This document shows, one piece after another, positions 1 to 10,865 of a DNA stretch of 43,594 bases. The notes beneath the pieces were generated by a model. It made no database searches. It saw nothing but the letters and a program-made list of their open reading frames with translations, and was not told where the DNA came from. The DNA lies in the IMG/VR virus record IMGVR_UViG_2526164599_000004. The stretch is one strand, 5' to 3'. The translations under genes were made by a program, and so were the position numbers. The DNA comes from a virus (lineage: Duplodnaviria > Heunggongvirae > Uroviricota > Caudoviricetes). How positions within the stretch are numbered: position 1 is the stretch's first letter; each line of letters opens with the position of its first letter.

Positions 1-1284
1 TTACTTCTTCGCCTCTGCAACCACTTTACTACCCACGCCGCGGTTATTGTATTCCCACATGCGGTTGTAGTTAGTGTCATTCAGATTGCGCTGTATTTCG
101 TCGTTATCATCTACGCTGCCGGTATTACCCGCAAACGGACGATTAGAGATCACCGCATCGGCCCACGGTTTAGCCGTGTTAAAACCTTCGTTGATGGCGC
201 TATCACGGATCACCACCTGACCGTTGGTATTGGCATCAACATCCAGCGAGCGGCCCAGTTGCGCCACACCATCACCGAAAGCATTGAAACGGCTGTTTAC
301 GGCGAGGAAACCGTAGTAAATGTTGGACAGCGTAGCCGGTGCAAACACATACGCTTCTTGCTGAGTACGTGAGTTCACCACGCGGAATTCGGTGTTATCG
401 AACACCACTGCGCCGCGACCAGAAACGATATCCACATCCCCTTCAATGTAGCTGTTGGTCACCAGCGTACGCGGCTGACGGTTGGTTTCCAGACGGTTCT
501 GCACACCGCTGTTGGTGACAAAGAAGGTGTTCTGACGACCGAGAATGTTAACGTTGTTAATCTGCACCAGGTCACCATCAGTACGCAGTGCCACCGCCGG
601 ATGGTTACCTGCATCTACGCTATCGCCCAGCGTGTTTTCGATGGTCAGATTTTGCAGTTGCAGGCCATTGTTTTGTGACCAGAAGACCGCAGAGCAGAGA
701 ACACCGATACTGTCGCTGCGTTTGCTCTGGCAGCTATCGTACATATACCACGCTGGTTTACCTGGCATATATTTGCCGCGCGGGTTGACGTCGTGACGCC
801 AGTCGGCAGGGCTCATGCCACCATCAAGGGAAAGCCCAATCTTCACATCAATCGGTTTTTCACCTGTACCGTACAGAGTAATTCCACCCGGAGCGGCAGG
901 GACATATACCGTTCCCTGATACTCACCAGGCATCACGGCAATATACTGGCGCTTGTTGGTACGCTTGATAATTGCCGCATCTACCGCCGCCTGAATCGTG
1001 GTATGCGTTACACCTTGAGTGCCCGCCGGGCCGACAACAAAGTCAGGTTGCGCAGGCAGGGTAATCGGGGAAGGATTCCACGCTGCAGCACCTGGTGTCA
1101 GGGATGCAAAATAGTGTTGAGCATCGAAATTCTGCGCTTCTTTTGCCGACAGAATCGGGCGAGAAGAGGTACCAGGCGCGGTTTGATCAGAAGGACGTTG
1201 ATCGGGCGGGGTTGAGCTACAGGCGGTCAGCGTCACGCCAAAAGCCAATGCCAGCGCCAGACGGGAAACTGAAAATGTGTTCAC
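1..1284 (-). CDS. ybhC: Host outer-membrane lipoprotein YbhC (pectinesterase-family)
   Basis: 427-aa ORF with lipoprotein signal (LTAC); recognised as E. coli YbhC, the gene flanking attB-lambda on the gal side. Identity from memory, not search. Confidence 0.8.
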   Translation of the reverse strand: MNTFSVSRLALALAFGVTLTACSSTPPDQRPSDQTAPGTSSRPILSAKEAQNFDAQHYFASLTPGAAAWNPSPITLPAQPDFVVGPAGTQGVTHTTIQAAVDAAIIKRTNKRQYIAVMPGEYQGTVYVPAAPGGITLYGTGEKPIDVKIGLSLDGGMSPADWRHDVNPRGKYMPGKPAWYMYDSCQSKRSDSIGVLCSAVFWSQNNGLQLQNLTIENTLGDSVDAGNHPAVALRTDGDLVQINNVNILGRQNTFFVTNSGVQNRLETNRQPRTLVTNSYIEGDVDIVSGRGAVVFDNTEFRVVNSRTQQEAYVFAPATLSNIYYGFLAVNSRFNAFGDGVAQLGRSLDVDANTNGQVVIRDSAINEGFNTAKPWADAVISNRPFAGNTGSVDDNDEIQRNLNDTNYNRMWEYNNRGVGSKVVAEAKK

Positions 1285-1330
1285 AGGTTGCTCCGGGCTA
1301 TGAAATAGAAAAATGAATCCGTTGAAGCCT

Positions 1331-1345
1331 GCTTTTTTATACTAA
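1331..1345. other. attL: attL core (lambda att common core) with P' arm extending to ~1420
   Basis: Exact 15-bp lambda core GCTTTTTTATACTAA at 1331-1345, followed by P'-arm-like sequence (CAGTCAAAAT repeats) and the int 3' end. Confidence 0.85.
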
Positions 1346-1418
1346 GTTGGCATTATAAAAAAGCATTGCTTATCAATTTGTTGCAACGAACAGGTCACTA
1401 TCAGTCAAAATAAAATCA

Positions 1419-2489
1419 TTATTTGATTTCAATTTTGTCCCACTCCCTGCCTCTGTCATCACGATACTGTGATGCCATGGTGTCCGACTTATGCCCGAGA
1501 AGATGTTGAGCAAATTTATCGCTTATCTGCTTCTCATAGAGTCTTGCAGACAAACTGCGCAACTCGTGAAAGGTTGGCGGATCCCCTTCGAAGGAGAGAC
1601 CTGATGCTTTTCGTGCGCGCATAAAATACCTTGATACTGTGCCGGATGAAAGCGGTTCACGACGAGTAGATGCAATTATGGTTTCTCCGCCAAGAATCTT
1701 TTTGCATTTATCAAGTGTTTCCTTCATTGATATCCCGAGAGCATCAACATGCAATGTTGTTGGGATGGCAATTTTTACGCCTGTTTTGCTTTGCTCGACA
1801 TAAAGATATCCATCTACGATATCAGACCACTTCATTTCGCATAAATCACCAACTCGCTGCCCGGTAACAACAGCCAGTTCCATTGCAAGTCTAAGCCAAC
1901 ATGGTGATGATTCTGCTGCTTGATAAATTTTCAGGTATTCGTCAGCCGTAAGTCTTGATCTCCTTACCTCTGATTTTGCAGCGCGAGTGGCTGCGACCGG
2001 GTTTGTTGTTATATGGCCTTCAGCCATAGCCTCTCGGAATGCATCGCTCAGTGTTGATCTGATTAACTTGGCTGATGCCGCCTTTCCCTCGTCTATGTAT
2101 CCATTGAGCATTGCCGCAATTTCTTTTGTGGTGATGTCTTCAAGTGGAGCATCAGGCAGACCCCTCCTTATTGCTTTAATTTTGCTCATGTAATTTATGA
2201 GTGTCTTCTGCTTGATTCCTCTGCTGGCCAGGATTTTTTCGTAGCGATCAAGCCATGAATGTAACGTAACGGAATTATCACTGTTGATTCTCGCTGTCAG
2301 AGGCTTGTGTTTGTGTCCTGAAAATAACTCAATGTTGGCCTGTATAGCTTCAGTGATTGCGATTCGCCTGTCTCGGCCTAATCCAAACTCTTTACCCGTC
2401 CTTGGGTCCCTGTAGCAGTAATATCCATTGTTTCTTATATAAAGGTTAGGGGGTAAATCCCGGCGCTCATGACTTCGCCTTCTTCCCAT
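1419..2489 (-). CDS. int: Lambda integrase (tyrosine recombinase)
   Basis: 356-aa ORF matching lambda Int as recalled; position next to att core. Confidence 0.95.
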   Translation of the reverse strand: MGRRRSHERRDLPPNLYIRNNGYYCYRDPRTGKEFGLGRDRRIAITEAIQANIELFSGHKHKPLTARINSDNSVTLHSWLDRYEKILASRGIKQKTLINYMSKIKAIRRGLPDAPLEDITTKEIAAMLNGYIDEGKAASAKLIRSTLSDAFREAMAEGHITTNPVAATRAAKSEVRRSRLTADEYLKIYQAAESSPCWLRLAMELAVVTGQRVGDLCEMKWSDIVDGYLYVEQSKTGVKIAIPTTLHVDALGISMKETLDKCKKILGGETIIASTRREPLSSGTVSRYFMRARKASGLSFEGDPPTFHELRSLSARLYEKQISDKFAQHLLGHKSDTMASQYRDDRGREWDKIEIK

Positions 2490-2685
2490 TTCTGATCCTC
2501 TTCAAAAGGCTACCTGTTATTGGTCGATTTAAGTCAACCTTTACCGCTGATTCGTGGAACAGATATTCTCTTCCATCCTTAACCGGAGGAGGGAATATCT
2601 TGCATTCGCGCACCCATCGACGAACTGTTTCAAGGCTTCTTGGGCGTCGCTGGCGAGCGTTCCACTCCTGAAGTGTCAAGTACAT
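2467..2685 (-). CDS. xis: Lambda excisionase
   Basis: 72-aa ORF (MYLTLQEWNARQRRPRSLETVRRW...) matching lambda Xis; overlaps int start as in lambda. Confidence 0.93.
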   Translation of the reverse strand: MYLTLQEWNARQRRPRSLETVRRWVRECKIFPPPVKDGREYLFHESAVKVDLNRPITGSLLKRIRNGKKAKS

Positions 2686-2724
2686 CGCAAAGTCTCCGCA
2701 ATTACACGCAAGAAAAAACCGCCA

Positions 2725-2892
2725 TCAGGCGGCTTGGTGTTCTTTCAGTTCTTCAATTCGAATATTGGTTATGTCTGCATGTGCTATCTGCGCCCATATC
2801 ATCCAGTGGTCATAGCAGTCATTGATGTTCTCTGCTTCGATAACTCTGTTGAATGGTTCTCCATTCCATTCACCTGTGACTCGGAAGTGCAT
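2725..2892 (-). CDS. Small hypothetical protein (lambda orf-55-like)
   Basis: 55-codon ORF (MHFRVTGEWNGEPFNRV...) found by hand translation, below the 60-aa ORF-track cutoff; same size and position as the small ORF after xis in lambda. Confidence 0.45.
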   Translation of the reverse strand: MHFRVTGEWNGEPFNRVIEAENINDCYDHWMIWAQIAHADITNIRIEELKEHQAA

Positions 2893-2974
2893 TTATCATC
2901 TCCATAAAACAAAACTCGCCGTAGCGAGTTCAGATATAATTTCCACCAAAGGCAGTAGTTGCTGATGCTAAGAA

Positions 2975-3403
2975 TTATTCAATATCTATTCCTGTAATAT
3001 CTTTTATCTTTTTCCTTGCAAAGCCTTTTGCTAGTGATTTTGAAACACTTATTAGTGTACTAATTCCCTCATCCTTAAAGTTTGTTTTTATAGTTTGCCA
3101 GACCTCCTTTTGACGCAAGTCAGCAATAAAATCATGCCCTCTTGCTGTCAACCTCAGTGGTACTTCGATCCAACTATATCCAACACCTTCCCCTAACTCG
3201 TTGGACATTATATGACCGAACCCAGGTTTTCCATCAACCCTGACTATTAATTCGTAGTCGCATAATAATCGCATATGGAAAATAAAATTTTGGTCATATC
3301 TATTAAAGCCATTATCCTCTAGTTCACTAAGCATCGTGTCAGGGCCATGAGTTTTTTCGAATGCGATAAGTAGATCTTTTAGATATTGCTGGTCTAATTT
3401 CAT
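2975..3403 (-). CDS. Hypothetical protein, AT-rich accessory gene (142 aa)
   Basis: Clean 142-aa ORF in the variable region after xis where lambda carries ea8.5; clearly AT-rich relative to flanking phage genes; no function recognised. Confidence 0.6.
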   Translation of the reverse strand: MKLDQQYLKDLLIAFEKTHGPDTMLSELEDNGFNRYDQNFIFHMRLLCDYELIVRVDGKPGFGHIMSNELGEGVGYSWIEVPLRLTARGHDFIADLRQKEVWQTIKTNFKDEGISTLISVSKSLAKGFARKKIKDITGIDIE

Positions 3404-3430
3404 TGCCGCCTCCGTGACATGTCACAGAGA

Positions 3431-3769
3431 TTTATATCATTAATTTTGTTTCGTGCCAGCCTTTGGTCACCCAGCATTGTGAGTCACCATTACACGGGCA
3501 TGAATTAACAGGAACTCTCTCGCCGCACTTACCGCAACGTTTTCTGCTGATCGATTTTATACGCCAGCGCACACGTGCATCATCCTGGCGGCTCAGTAAC
3601 GCGATGTACTCACCAAACTCGTAAGGCGCATGCCTGAAGCGGCGCGTGGCTCAGTTACGATCCAGCATTTCAATTTCCTGAGCATCAAGTACAAGCTCCA
3701 GCTTACGCATACCGGATGATGCTTGCTTGGCTCTCTGATCGACTTTGCGCTCTGCTGATGATTTAGCCA
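3431..3769 (-). pseudogene. Small ORF (39 codons) followed in-frame, after one TGA, by 73 more codons with a Cys-rich zinc-finger-like tail
   Basis: Hand translation: MAKSSAERKVDQRAKQASSGMRKLELVLDAQEIEMLDRN, TGA at 3650-3652, then in frame ...RKRCGKCGERVPVNSCPCNGDSQCW... to TAA at 3431-3433; the downstream part has no start codon of its own. Confidence 0.3.
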
Positions 3770-3782
3770 TTCTGCTTTTCCT

Positions 3783-3836
3783 GCATTAGGAGAAAGACAA
3801 TCATGGCGGCGCGGATACTTCCGGTATCTTTTTACT
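3783..3836 (-). repeat. Remnant of a NinX-like gene 3' end (about 50 bp homologous to 19631-19688)
   Basis: Reverse complement reads ...ATCCGCGCCGCCATGATTGTCTTTCTCCTAATGCAGGA..., nearly identical to the 3' end of the gene at 19348-19695; only about 22 codons of frame remain. Confidence 0.6.
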
Positions 3837-3964
3837 CGATATTACCCTTCAATGGCACATACAAGAAGAGAGCCATCAACAGGAGTGAGTGAGGAATCGA
3901 CAACCAGCAACGCTTAATTATCTATAGTGTCGTATTTGCTTCATAAAATATGGCGAATAACACA

Positions 3965-3998
3965 AAGCCCGCAGCAGCTCATTGTGCGGGCTTTTCTT
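3965..3998. terminator. Bidirectional intrinsic terminator hairpin
   Basis: AAGCCCGCA...TGCGGGCTT stem followed by TTTTCTT on plus and TTTGTGTT on minus; sits about 70 bp downstream of the 204-aa minus-strand gene. Confidence 0.5.
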
Positions 3999-4063
3999 AT
4001 ACATACTTCCTAGAGATAATTCTATGGAGGCATTAAATTAATACTGTCATTGGTAATATCATA

Positions 4064-4678
4064 TTATCTAAAAGTCTTTCCACTTTTAACGTCTAGGTAT
4101 ATTCTGTTCGACAACGTCATTCCTCCGCAATATGTGAAATAGATGTTTTTCCCCTTATTGCTTGATGCCATCCACCCTCCGATTTCCTTAAAGTCGCTTT
4201 CCGTGCAGACCCCTTCGTTTATTAACTTCCTAGCTGCCGAAGAAAACTCTTTTTTGTATATACGGTAGTCATCAGATCCTTTGATTAAAGTATCATCTCC
4301 GCTCGCATTTTCAGCAGGATCTGATGGCCTTTCACTGCTAAGATCACTAAGTTTAACCCATTCTGAAAACTTGCCATTGACGATTCCGTTTTTTCTTGTG
4401 CAGGATTTATTACCTTCTTTAATATATTCGCTTTCCCCTCCCACACATGAGGCTGAATATGGCTCAGTTATACGAACCCATTCACCTTTTTTTTCTAGAA
4501 AATCTACGCCTTCCCTGAAAAATAGTTTCCCAGCCACTCCGCATTTACTTGAAGGGCAGGTATGTCTTTCCGTTCGATCAACAACAACCCAAAGTCTTGA
4601 TTCATTTTTTGCCATTGCCGATGGTATTTGAGATGAGACAATTAACGTAAGCCCTAAAATTAGTATTGATTTTTTCAT
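4064..4678 (-). CDS. Secreted cysteine-rich protein of unknown function (204 aa)
   Basis: N-terminal signal peptide (MKKSILILGLTLIVSSQIPSAMA|K), several Cys, AT-rich flanks with own terminator; not a lambda gene I recognise. Confidence 0.6.
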   Translation of the reverse strand: MKKSILILGLTLIVSSQIPSAMAKNESRLWVVVDRTERHTCPSSKCGVAGKLFFREGVDFLEKKGEWVRITEPYSASCVGGESEYIKEGNKSCTRKNGIVNGKFSEWVKLSDLSSERPSDPAENASGDDTLIKGSDDYRIYKKEFSSAARKLINEGVCTESDFKEIGGWMASSNKGKNIYFTYCGGMTLSNRIYLDVKSGKTFR

Positions 4679-4814
4679 TGTAATTTCCTTTTACTTTTTA
4701 CAAAGCGTTTAATCATGGCTGATTATCTTTAAGCGTAGTAACAGCCTTGTGCGAAACATGTTACCAAATCGCCATTTCAGTGTATCCGCAGTTAGGCTGC
4801 CACTTCAAGGATTC

Positions 4815-5228
4815 CTAATTACATGGTACGTAAGCGTAAAATCCCGTTGGTTGTCGGGTAATAACTCTGATCAAATCTCCCTTGTCTTTTGCTCTTACGT
4901 ATGCAGCTCTTGTGTATTCAACCCAGGCCTCCAGTTCAGCAATACGCTTACTTCCATCCGAGATAACACCTTCTACTCACGCTGCTCGTTGAGTTTTGAT
5001 TTTTGCTGTCTCCAGCTCAACACGCAGTTTCCTCACCGTTAGCGCAATATCCTCGTTCTCCTGGTCGCGGCGTTTGATGTACTGCTGGTTTCTTTCCCGT
5101 TCATCCAGCAGTGTCAGCACAATCGATGGTGTTACCAGCTCATGGAAAAGGTCCGCGTCAAATCCCCAGTTGTCATGCATTGCCTGCTCTGCCGCTTCAC
5201 GCAGTGCCTGAGAGTGAATTACGCTCAC
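4815..5228 (-). pseudogene. ea22: ea22-like gene interrupted by an in-frame TGA (83-aa N-terminal ORF 4977-5228 plus 53 in-frame codons)
   Basis: N-terminus MS.I.SQALREAAEQAMHD.WGFDADLFHELVTPSIVL... matches lambda Ea22 as recalled; TGA at 4977-4979, then in-frame EGVISDGSKRIAELE... continuing to TAG at 4815-4817. Confidence 0.5.
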
Positions 5229-5446
5229 TTCGAACCTCTCTGTTTACTGATAAGTTCCAGATCCTCCTGGCAACTTGCACAAGTCCGACAACCCTGAACG
5301 GCCAGGCGTCTTCGTTCATCTATCGGATCGCCACACTCACAACAATGAGTGGCAGATATAGCCTGGTGGTTCAGGCGGCGCATTTTTATTGCTGTGTTGC
5401 GCTGTAATTCTTCAATTTCTGATGCTGAATCAATGATGTCTGCCAT
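5225..5446 (-). CDS. TraR/DksA-family C4 zinc-finger protein
   Basis: 73 aa with CxxC...CxxC motif (CCECGDPIDERRRLAVQGCRTCASC); stop overlaps the ea22-like start. Confidence 0.6.
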   Translation of the reverse strand: MADIIDSASEIEELQRNTAIKMRRLNHQAISATHCCECGDPIDERRRLAVQGCRTCASCQEDLELISKQRGSK

Positions 5447-5544
5447 CTTTCATTAATCCCTGAATTGTTGGTTAATACGCTTGAGGGTGAATGCGAATAA
5501 TAAAAAAGGAGCCTGTAGCTCCCTGATGATTTTGCTTTTCATGT

Positions 5545-5760
5545 TCACCGTTCCTTAAAAACGCCGTTTAACATGCCGATTGCTAGGCTTAAATGAGTCG
5601 GTGTGAATCCCATCAGCGTTACCGTTTCGCGGTGCTTCTTCAGTACGCTACGGCAAATGTCATCGACGTTTTTATCCGGAAACTGCTGTCTGGCTTTTTT
5701 GATTTCAGAATTAGCCTGACGGGCAATGCTGCGAAGGGCGTTTTCCTGCTGAGGTGTCAC
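5545..5760 (-). CDS. Hypothetical protein (71 aa from a GTG start; ORF track gives a 93-aa form starting at 5826)
   Basis: GTG at 5758-5760 overlaps the TGA of the upstream small peptide ORF (GTGA coupling); the ATG at 5826 has no obvious ribosome-binding site. Confidence 0.4.
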   Translation of the reverse strand: MTPQQENALRSIARQANSEIKKARQQFPDKNVDDICRSVLKKHRETVTLMGFTPTHLSLAIGMLNGVFKER

Positions 5761-5840
5761 TGAACAAGCCCCATGTCGGCAAGCATAAGCACACAGAATA
5801 TGAAGCCCGCTGCCAGAAAAATGCATTCAGTGGTTGTCAT
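5757..5840 (-). CDS. Candidate 27-aa hydrophobic peptide (MTTTECIFLAAGFIFCVLMLADMGLVQ)
   Basis: ATG overlaps the orf63-like stop (ATGA) and its TGA overlaps the next GTG start; one predicted transmembrane-like stretch; purine-rich GAGAGA upstream. Confidence 0.3.
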   Translation of the reverse strand: MTTTECIFLAAGFIFCVLMLADMGLVQ

Positions 5841-6028
5841 ACCTGGTCTCTCTCATCTGCTTCTGCTTTCGCCACCATCATTTCCAGTTTTTGTGAAAGG
5901 GATGTGGCTAACGTATGAAATTCTTCGTCTGTTTCTACTGGTATTGGCACAAACCTGATTCCAATTTGAGCAAGGCTATGTGCCATCTCGATACTCGTTC
6001 TTAACTCAACAGGAGATGCTTTGTGCAT
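5837..6028 (-). CDS. Lambda orf63-like hypothetical protein
   Basis: 63-aa ORF overlapping orf60a by 28 nt, the same overlap geometry as lambda orf63/orf60a. Confidence 0.6.
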   Translation of the reverse strand: MHKASPVELRTSIEMAHSLAQIGIRFVPIPVETDEEFHTLATSLSQKLEMMVAKAEADERDQV

Positions 6029-6183
6029 ACAGCCCCTCGTTTATTATTTATCTCCTCAGCCAGCCGCTGTGCTTTCAGTGGATTTCGGATAACAGAAAGG
6101 CCGGGAAATACCCAGCCTCGCTTTGTAACGGAGTAGACGAAAGTGATTGCGCCTACCCGGATATTATCGTGAGGATGCGTCAT
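6001..6183 (-). CDS. Lambda orf60a-like hypothetical protein
   Basis: 60 aa from [19 protein letters not shown]...; lies immediately downstream of exo as in lambda. Confidence 0.6.
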   Translation of the reverse strand: MTHPHDNIRVGAITFVYSVTKRGWVFPGLSVIRNPLKAQRLAEEINNKRGAVCTKHLLLS

Positions 6184-6860
6184 CGCCATTGCTCCCCAAA
6201 TACAAAACCAATTTCAGCCAGTGCCTCGTCCATTTTTTCGATGAACTCCGGCACCATCTCGTCAAAACTCGCCATGTACTTTTCATCCCGCTCAACCACG
6301 ACATAATGCAGTCCTTCACGCTTCATACGCGGGTCATAGTTGGCAAAGTACCAGGCATCTTTACGTGTCACCCACATGCTGTACTGCACCTGGGCCATGT
6401 AAGCCGACTTTATGGCCTCGAAACCACCGAGCCGGAACTTCATGAAATCCCGGGAGGTAAACGGGCATTTCAGCTCAAGGCCATTGCCGTCACTGCATAA
6501 ACCATCGGGAGAGCAGGCGGTGCGCATACTTTCGTCGCGATAGATGATCGGGGATTCAGTAACATTCACGCCGGAAGTGAATTCAAACAGGGTTCTGGCG
6601 TCGTTCTCGTACTGTTTTCCCCAGGCCAGCGCCTTAGCATTAACTTCCGGAGCCACACCGGTGCAAACCTCAGCCAGCAGGGTGTGGAAGTAGGACATTT
6701 TCATGTCAGGCCACTTCTTTCCTGAGCGGGGCTTTGCTATCACGTTGTGAACTTCTGAAGCGGTGATGACGCCGAGCCGTAATTTGTGCCATGCATCATC
6801 CCCCTGTTCGACAGCTCTCACGTCGATCCCGGTACGCTGCAGGATAATGTCCGGTGTCAT
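6180..6860 (-). CDS. exo: Lambda exonuclease (Red alpha)
   Basis: 226-aa ORF matching lambda Exo ([30 protein letters not shown]...). Confidence 0.95.
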   Translation of the reverse strand: MTPDIILQRTGIDVRAVEQGDDAWHKLRLGVITASEVHNVIAKPRSGKKWPDMKMSYFHTLLAEVCTGVAPEVNAKALAWGKQYENDARTLFEFTSGVNVTESPIIYRDESMRTACSPDGLCSDGNGLELKCPFTSRDFMKFRLGGFEAIKSAYMAQVQYSMWVTRKDAWYFANYDPRMKREGLHYVVVERDEKYMASFDEMVPEFIEKMDEALAEIGFVFGEQWR

Positions 6861-7642
6861 GCTGCCACCTTCTGCTCAGTGGCTTTCTGTTTCAGGAATC
6901 CGAGAGCTTTCACTGCTTCGACCTGTGTCAGTTCTGACGATGCGCGAATGTCGCGGCGAAATATCTGGGAACAGAGCGGCAATAAGTCGTCATCCCATGT
7001 TTTATCCAGGGCAATCAGCAGAGTGTTAATCTCCTGCATGGTTTCATCGTTAACCGGAGTGATGTCGCGTTCCGGCTGACGTTCTGCAGTGTATGCGGTA
7101 TTTTCGACAATGCGCTCGGCTTCATCCTTGTCATAGATACCAGCAAATCCGAAGGCCAGACGGGCACACTGAATCATGGCTTTATGACGTAACATCCGTT
7201 TGGGATGCGACTGCCACGGCCCCGTGATTTCTCTGCCTTCGCGGGTTTTGAATGGTTCGCGGCGGCATTCATCCATCCACTCGGTAACGCAGATCGGATG
7301 ATTACGGTCCTTGCGGTAAATCCGGCATGTGCAGGATTCATTGTCCTGCTCAAAGTCCATGCCATCAAACTGCTGGTTTTCATTGATGATACGGGACCAG
7401 CCATCAACGCCCACCACCGGAACGATGCCGTTCTGCTTGTCAGGGAAGGCGTAAATTTCTTTCGTCCACGGATTAAGGCCGTACTGGTTGGCGACGATCA
7501 ACAATGCGATGAACTGCGCATCGCTGGCATCGCCTTTAAATGCCGTCTGGCGAAGAGTGGTGATCAGTTCCTGTGGGTCGACAGAATCCATGCCGACACG
7601 TTCAGCCAGCTTCCCAGCCAGCGTTGCGAGTGCTGTACTCAT
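6857..7642 (-). CDS. bet: Lambda Bet (Red beta single-strand annealing protein)
   Basis: 261-aa ORF matching lambda Bet; overlaps exo start. Confidence 0.95.
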   Translation of the reverse strand: MSTALATLAGKLAERVGMDSVDPQELITTLRQTAFKGDASDAQFIALLIVANQYGLNPWTKEIYAFPDKQNGIVPVVGVDGWSRIINENQQFDGMDFEQDNESCTCRIYRKDRNHPICVTEWMDECRREPFKTREGREITGPWQSHPKRMLRHKAMIQCARLAFGFAGIYDKDEAERIVENTAYTAERQPERDITPVNDETMQEINTLLIALDKTWDDDLLPLCSQIFRRDIRASSELTQVEAVKALGFLKQKATEQKVAA

Positions 7643-7647
7643 CCGTT

Positions 7648-7944
7648 TTATACCTCTGAATCAATATCAACCTGATGGTGAGCAATGGTTTCAACCATGT
7701 ACCGGATGTGTTCTGCCATGCGCTCCTGAAACTCAACATCGTCATCAAACGCACGGGTAATGGCTTTTTTGCTGGCCCCGTGGCGTTGCAAATGATCGAT
7801 GCATAGCGATTCAAACAGGTGCTGGGGCAGGCCTTTTTCCATGTCGTCTGCCAGTTCTGCCTCTTTCTCTTCACGGGCGATCTGCTGGTAGTGACGCGCC
7901 CAGCTCTGAGCCTCAAGACGATCCTGAATGTAATAAGCGTTCAT
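7648..7944 (-). CDS. gam: Gam 3' portion: intact 98-codon ORF beginning at the internal Met ([13 protein letters not shown]...)
   Basis: Matches the lambda Gam C-terminal 98 aa; its ATG is part of the IS target duplication, so the native upstream sequence is replaced by the IS end. Confidence 0.8.
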   Translation of the reverse strand: MNAYYIQDRLEAQSWARHYQQIAREEKEAELADDMEKGLPQHLFESLCIDHLQRHGASKKAITRAFDDDVEFQERMAEHIRYMVETIAHHQVDIDSEV

Positions 7945-8045
7945 TGTCAGCGCCAATGATATAAGACAGTAATTCACCATTTGGATTGTCCGCTCCACCC
8001 AACATGTTGTTTCCTTAAGGTTCCTACACCACAAAGGGAACACTC

Positions 8046-10012
<1,967 letters not shown>

Positions 10013-10069
10013 TGACCAATAGCGGACATTAAAAATGGCGAAAAACGGCCAATAATCTTGGCGTTGACA

Positions 10070-10193
10070 TCATGGCTGAACTCCTGAAATAGCTGTGAAA
10101 ATATCGCCCGCGAAATGCCAGGCTGATTAGGAAAACAGGAAAGGGGGTTAGTGAATGCTTTTGCTTGATCTCAGTTTCAGCATTAATATCCAT
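10070..10193 (-). pseudogene. gam: gam 5' fragment (first 41 codons, [24 protein letters not shown]...)
   Basis: Matches the lambda Gam N-terminus; separated from the rest of gam by the IS21-family element. Confidence 0.8.
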
Positions 10194-10291
10194 TTTTTAT
10201 AAGCGTCGACGGCTTCACGAAACATCTTTTCATCGCCAATAAAAGTGGCGATAGTGAATTTAGTCTGGATAGCCATAAGTGTTTGATCCAT
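10148..10291 (-). CDS. kil: Lambda Kil
   Basis: 47 aa [46 protein letters not shown]; 3' end overlaps the gam start as in lambda. Confidence 0.85.
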   Translation of the reverse strand: MDQTLMAIQTKFTIATFIGDEKMFREAVDAYKKWILMLKLRSSKSIH

Positions 10292-10424
10292 TCTTTGGGA
10301 CTCCTGGCTGATTAAGTATGTCGATAAGGCGTTTCCATCCGTCACGTAATTTACGGGTGATTCGTTCAAGTAAAGATTCGGAAGGGCAGCCAGCAACAGG
10401 CCACCCTGCAATGGCATATTGCAT
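10260..10424 (-). CDS. cIII: Lambda CIII (FtsH inhibitor)
   Basis: Hand-translated 54 aa [54 protein letters not shown]; below the ORF-track cutoff. Confidence 0.85.
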   Translation of the reverse strand: MQYAIAGWPVAGCPSESLLERITRKLRDGWKRLIDILNQPGVPKNGSNTYGYPD

Positions 10425-10496
10425 GGTGTGCTCCTTATTTATACATAACGAAAAACGCCTCGAGTGAAGCGTTATTGGTATGCGGTAACGCAGCGC

Positions 10497-10865
10497 TCAG
10501 GCGGCTTTGATAGTCATATCATCTGAATCAAATATTCCTGATGTATCGATATCGGTAATTCTTATTCCTTCGCTACCATCCATTGGAGGCCATCCTTCCT
10601 GACCATTTCCATCATTCCAGTCGAACTCACACACAACACCATATGCATTTAAGTCGCTTGAAATTGCTATAAGCAGAGCATGTTGCGCCAGCATGATTAA
10701 TACAGCATTTAATACAGAGCCGTGTTTATTGAGTCGGTATTCAGAGTCTGACCAGAAATTATTAATCTGGTGAAGTTTTTCCTCTGTCATCACGTCATGG
10801 TCAATTTCAATTTCTATTGATGCTTTCCAGTCGTAATCAATGATGTATTTTTTGATGTTTGACAT
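10497..10865 (-). CDS. ea10: Lambda Ea10
   Basis: 122-aa ORF matching lambda Ea10 as recalled. Confidence 0.8.
   Translation of the reverse strand: MSNIKKYIIDYDWKASIEIEIDHDVMTEEKLHQINNFWSDSEYRLNKHGSVLNAVLIMLAQHALLIAISSDLNAYGVVCEFDWNDGNGQEGWPPMDGSEGIRITDIDTSGIFDSDDMTIKAA

Noticed and set aside
3650-4979. In-frame TGA codons as selenocysteine or programmed read-through sites
   Set aside because: No SECIS-like hairpin evident immediately downstream and no reason to expect selenoproteins in this context; nonsense mutation is the simpler reading.
5545-5826. 93-aa version of the gene at 5545 starting at ATG 5826
   Set aside because: No ribosome-binding site and it overlaps the better-supported coupled peptide frame; the GTG-initiated 71-aa form is preferred, though this is not certain.
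7648-8043. 131-aa ORF extending gam upstream into the IS ([33 protein letters not shown]...)
   Set aside because: The extra N-terminal 33 aa are read from the IS21 inverted repeat, an artefact of an open frame across the junction; the real coding unit is the 98-codon gam remainder.
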